Shown here: one piece after another, positions 44,167 to 44,331 of the stretch | How positions within the stretch are numbered: the stretch's first letter is position 1 | Layout: every line of letters begins with the position of its first letter | DNA from: Syntrophales bacterium | GTDB lineage: Bacteria > Desulfobacterota > Syntrophia > Syntrophales > UBA2210 | NCBI GenBank assembly: GCA_030655735.1 | Contig: JAUSPK010000183.1 | Location: forward strand, 1 to 44,331 | Length of the DNA: 44,331 bases | Direction: 5' to 3' | Made by a program: the position numbers and the translations under genes | Notes under the pieces: model-generated | Database searches by the model: none | What the model was told of the DNA's origin: nothing | The model's input: the letters and a program-made list of their open reading frames with translations, nothing else

Positions 44167-44331
44167 TTAAAGTTTATACCCTTTTTCCAGAAATAATCTC
44201 AGACAGGCATCTACGACATCCTTATCGTACAGGGTTCCTCTATTTTCCCTGATTTCTTTCAGCGTCGCCTCAATGCTCCAGGCCACACGATAGGGCCGAT
44301 GGGAGGACATGGCTTCCACCACGTCGGCCAC
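44167..44331 (-). CDS. C-terminal end of an HD/HD-GYP-domain protein (gene continues beyond the right edge)
   Basis: Reverse translation from the window edge gives VADVVEAMSSHRPYRVAWSIEATLKEIRENRGTLYDKDVVDACLRLFLEKGYKL*. The D..EAM.S.RPYR segment is characteristic of HD-GYP-type HD domains. It is not in the ORF track because it is under 60 aa. Confidence 0.6.
   Translation of the reverse strand: MADVVEAMSSHRPYRVAWSIEATLKEIRENRGTLYDKDVVDACLRLFLEKGYKL

Noticed and set aside
1-44331. CRISPR arrays, tRNA/rRNA genes, transposases, integrases, defence or toxin-antitoxin modules
   Set aside because: Reading both strands and the ORF track revealed no regularly spaced direct repeats, no cloverleaf-like or rRNA-like sequence, and no ORF with DDE, tyrosine/serine recombinase, nuclease-helicase or small TA-like features. 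This is an absence by eye only and should be confirmed with dedicated tools.

Overview
This 44.3-kb segment is chromosomal DNA from a diderm bacterium that looks anaerobic. The gene content behind that guess is acyl-CoA dehydrogenase with EtfBA, an archaeal-type split glutamate synthase, a type III glutamine synthetase, a sigma-54 enhancer-binding protein, RND efflux and an LpxR-like outer-membrane protein. A Desulfobacterota/Syntrophia-like origin is only a guess from that content. The left part (1-20.8 kb) carries ordinary genes: azlDC, an Fe-alcohol dehydrogenase, mobA, folD, acd-etfBA, a secreted GH3 hydrolase, a beta-CASP RNase-asnS-asnA operon, an LpxR-like protein, tetR with a tripartite RND pump, and a lytic transglycosylase. 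The right part (20.9-44.1 kb) is an unusually dense nitrogen/glutamine block. On the minus strand the order is a NifA-like GAF/sigma-54 activator, glnA (GSI), a frameshifted class I amidotransferase, a four-gene split GOGAT, pyrG, a 1240-aa GlmS-like giant, hisH and hisF. On the plus strand it is gdhA, a small cupin and glnN (GSIII). An island of decaying DNA lies between the activator and gdhA, with an MBL hydrolase gene lacking a canonical start, a 5'-truncated radical SAM/SPASM gene and degenerate repeats. I recognised no rRNA, tRNA, CRISPR array, transposase or integrase. The observations most worth follow-up are five. (1) The giant GlmS-like protein is tightly coupled to hisHF. (2) Both glutamine synthetase genes have hand-identifiable sigma-54 promoters about 100 nt downstream of a shared 17-bp motif, which also occurs upstream of the activator gene. 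(3) A conserved noncoding element of about 110 nt is present twice. (4) A paralogous cupin 3' remnant and an AT-rich spacer lie upstream of glnN. (5) A G9 homopolymer frameshift splits the amidotransferase between glnA and GOGAT. All functional calls rest on motif recognition by eye, because no database search was possible.
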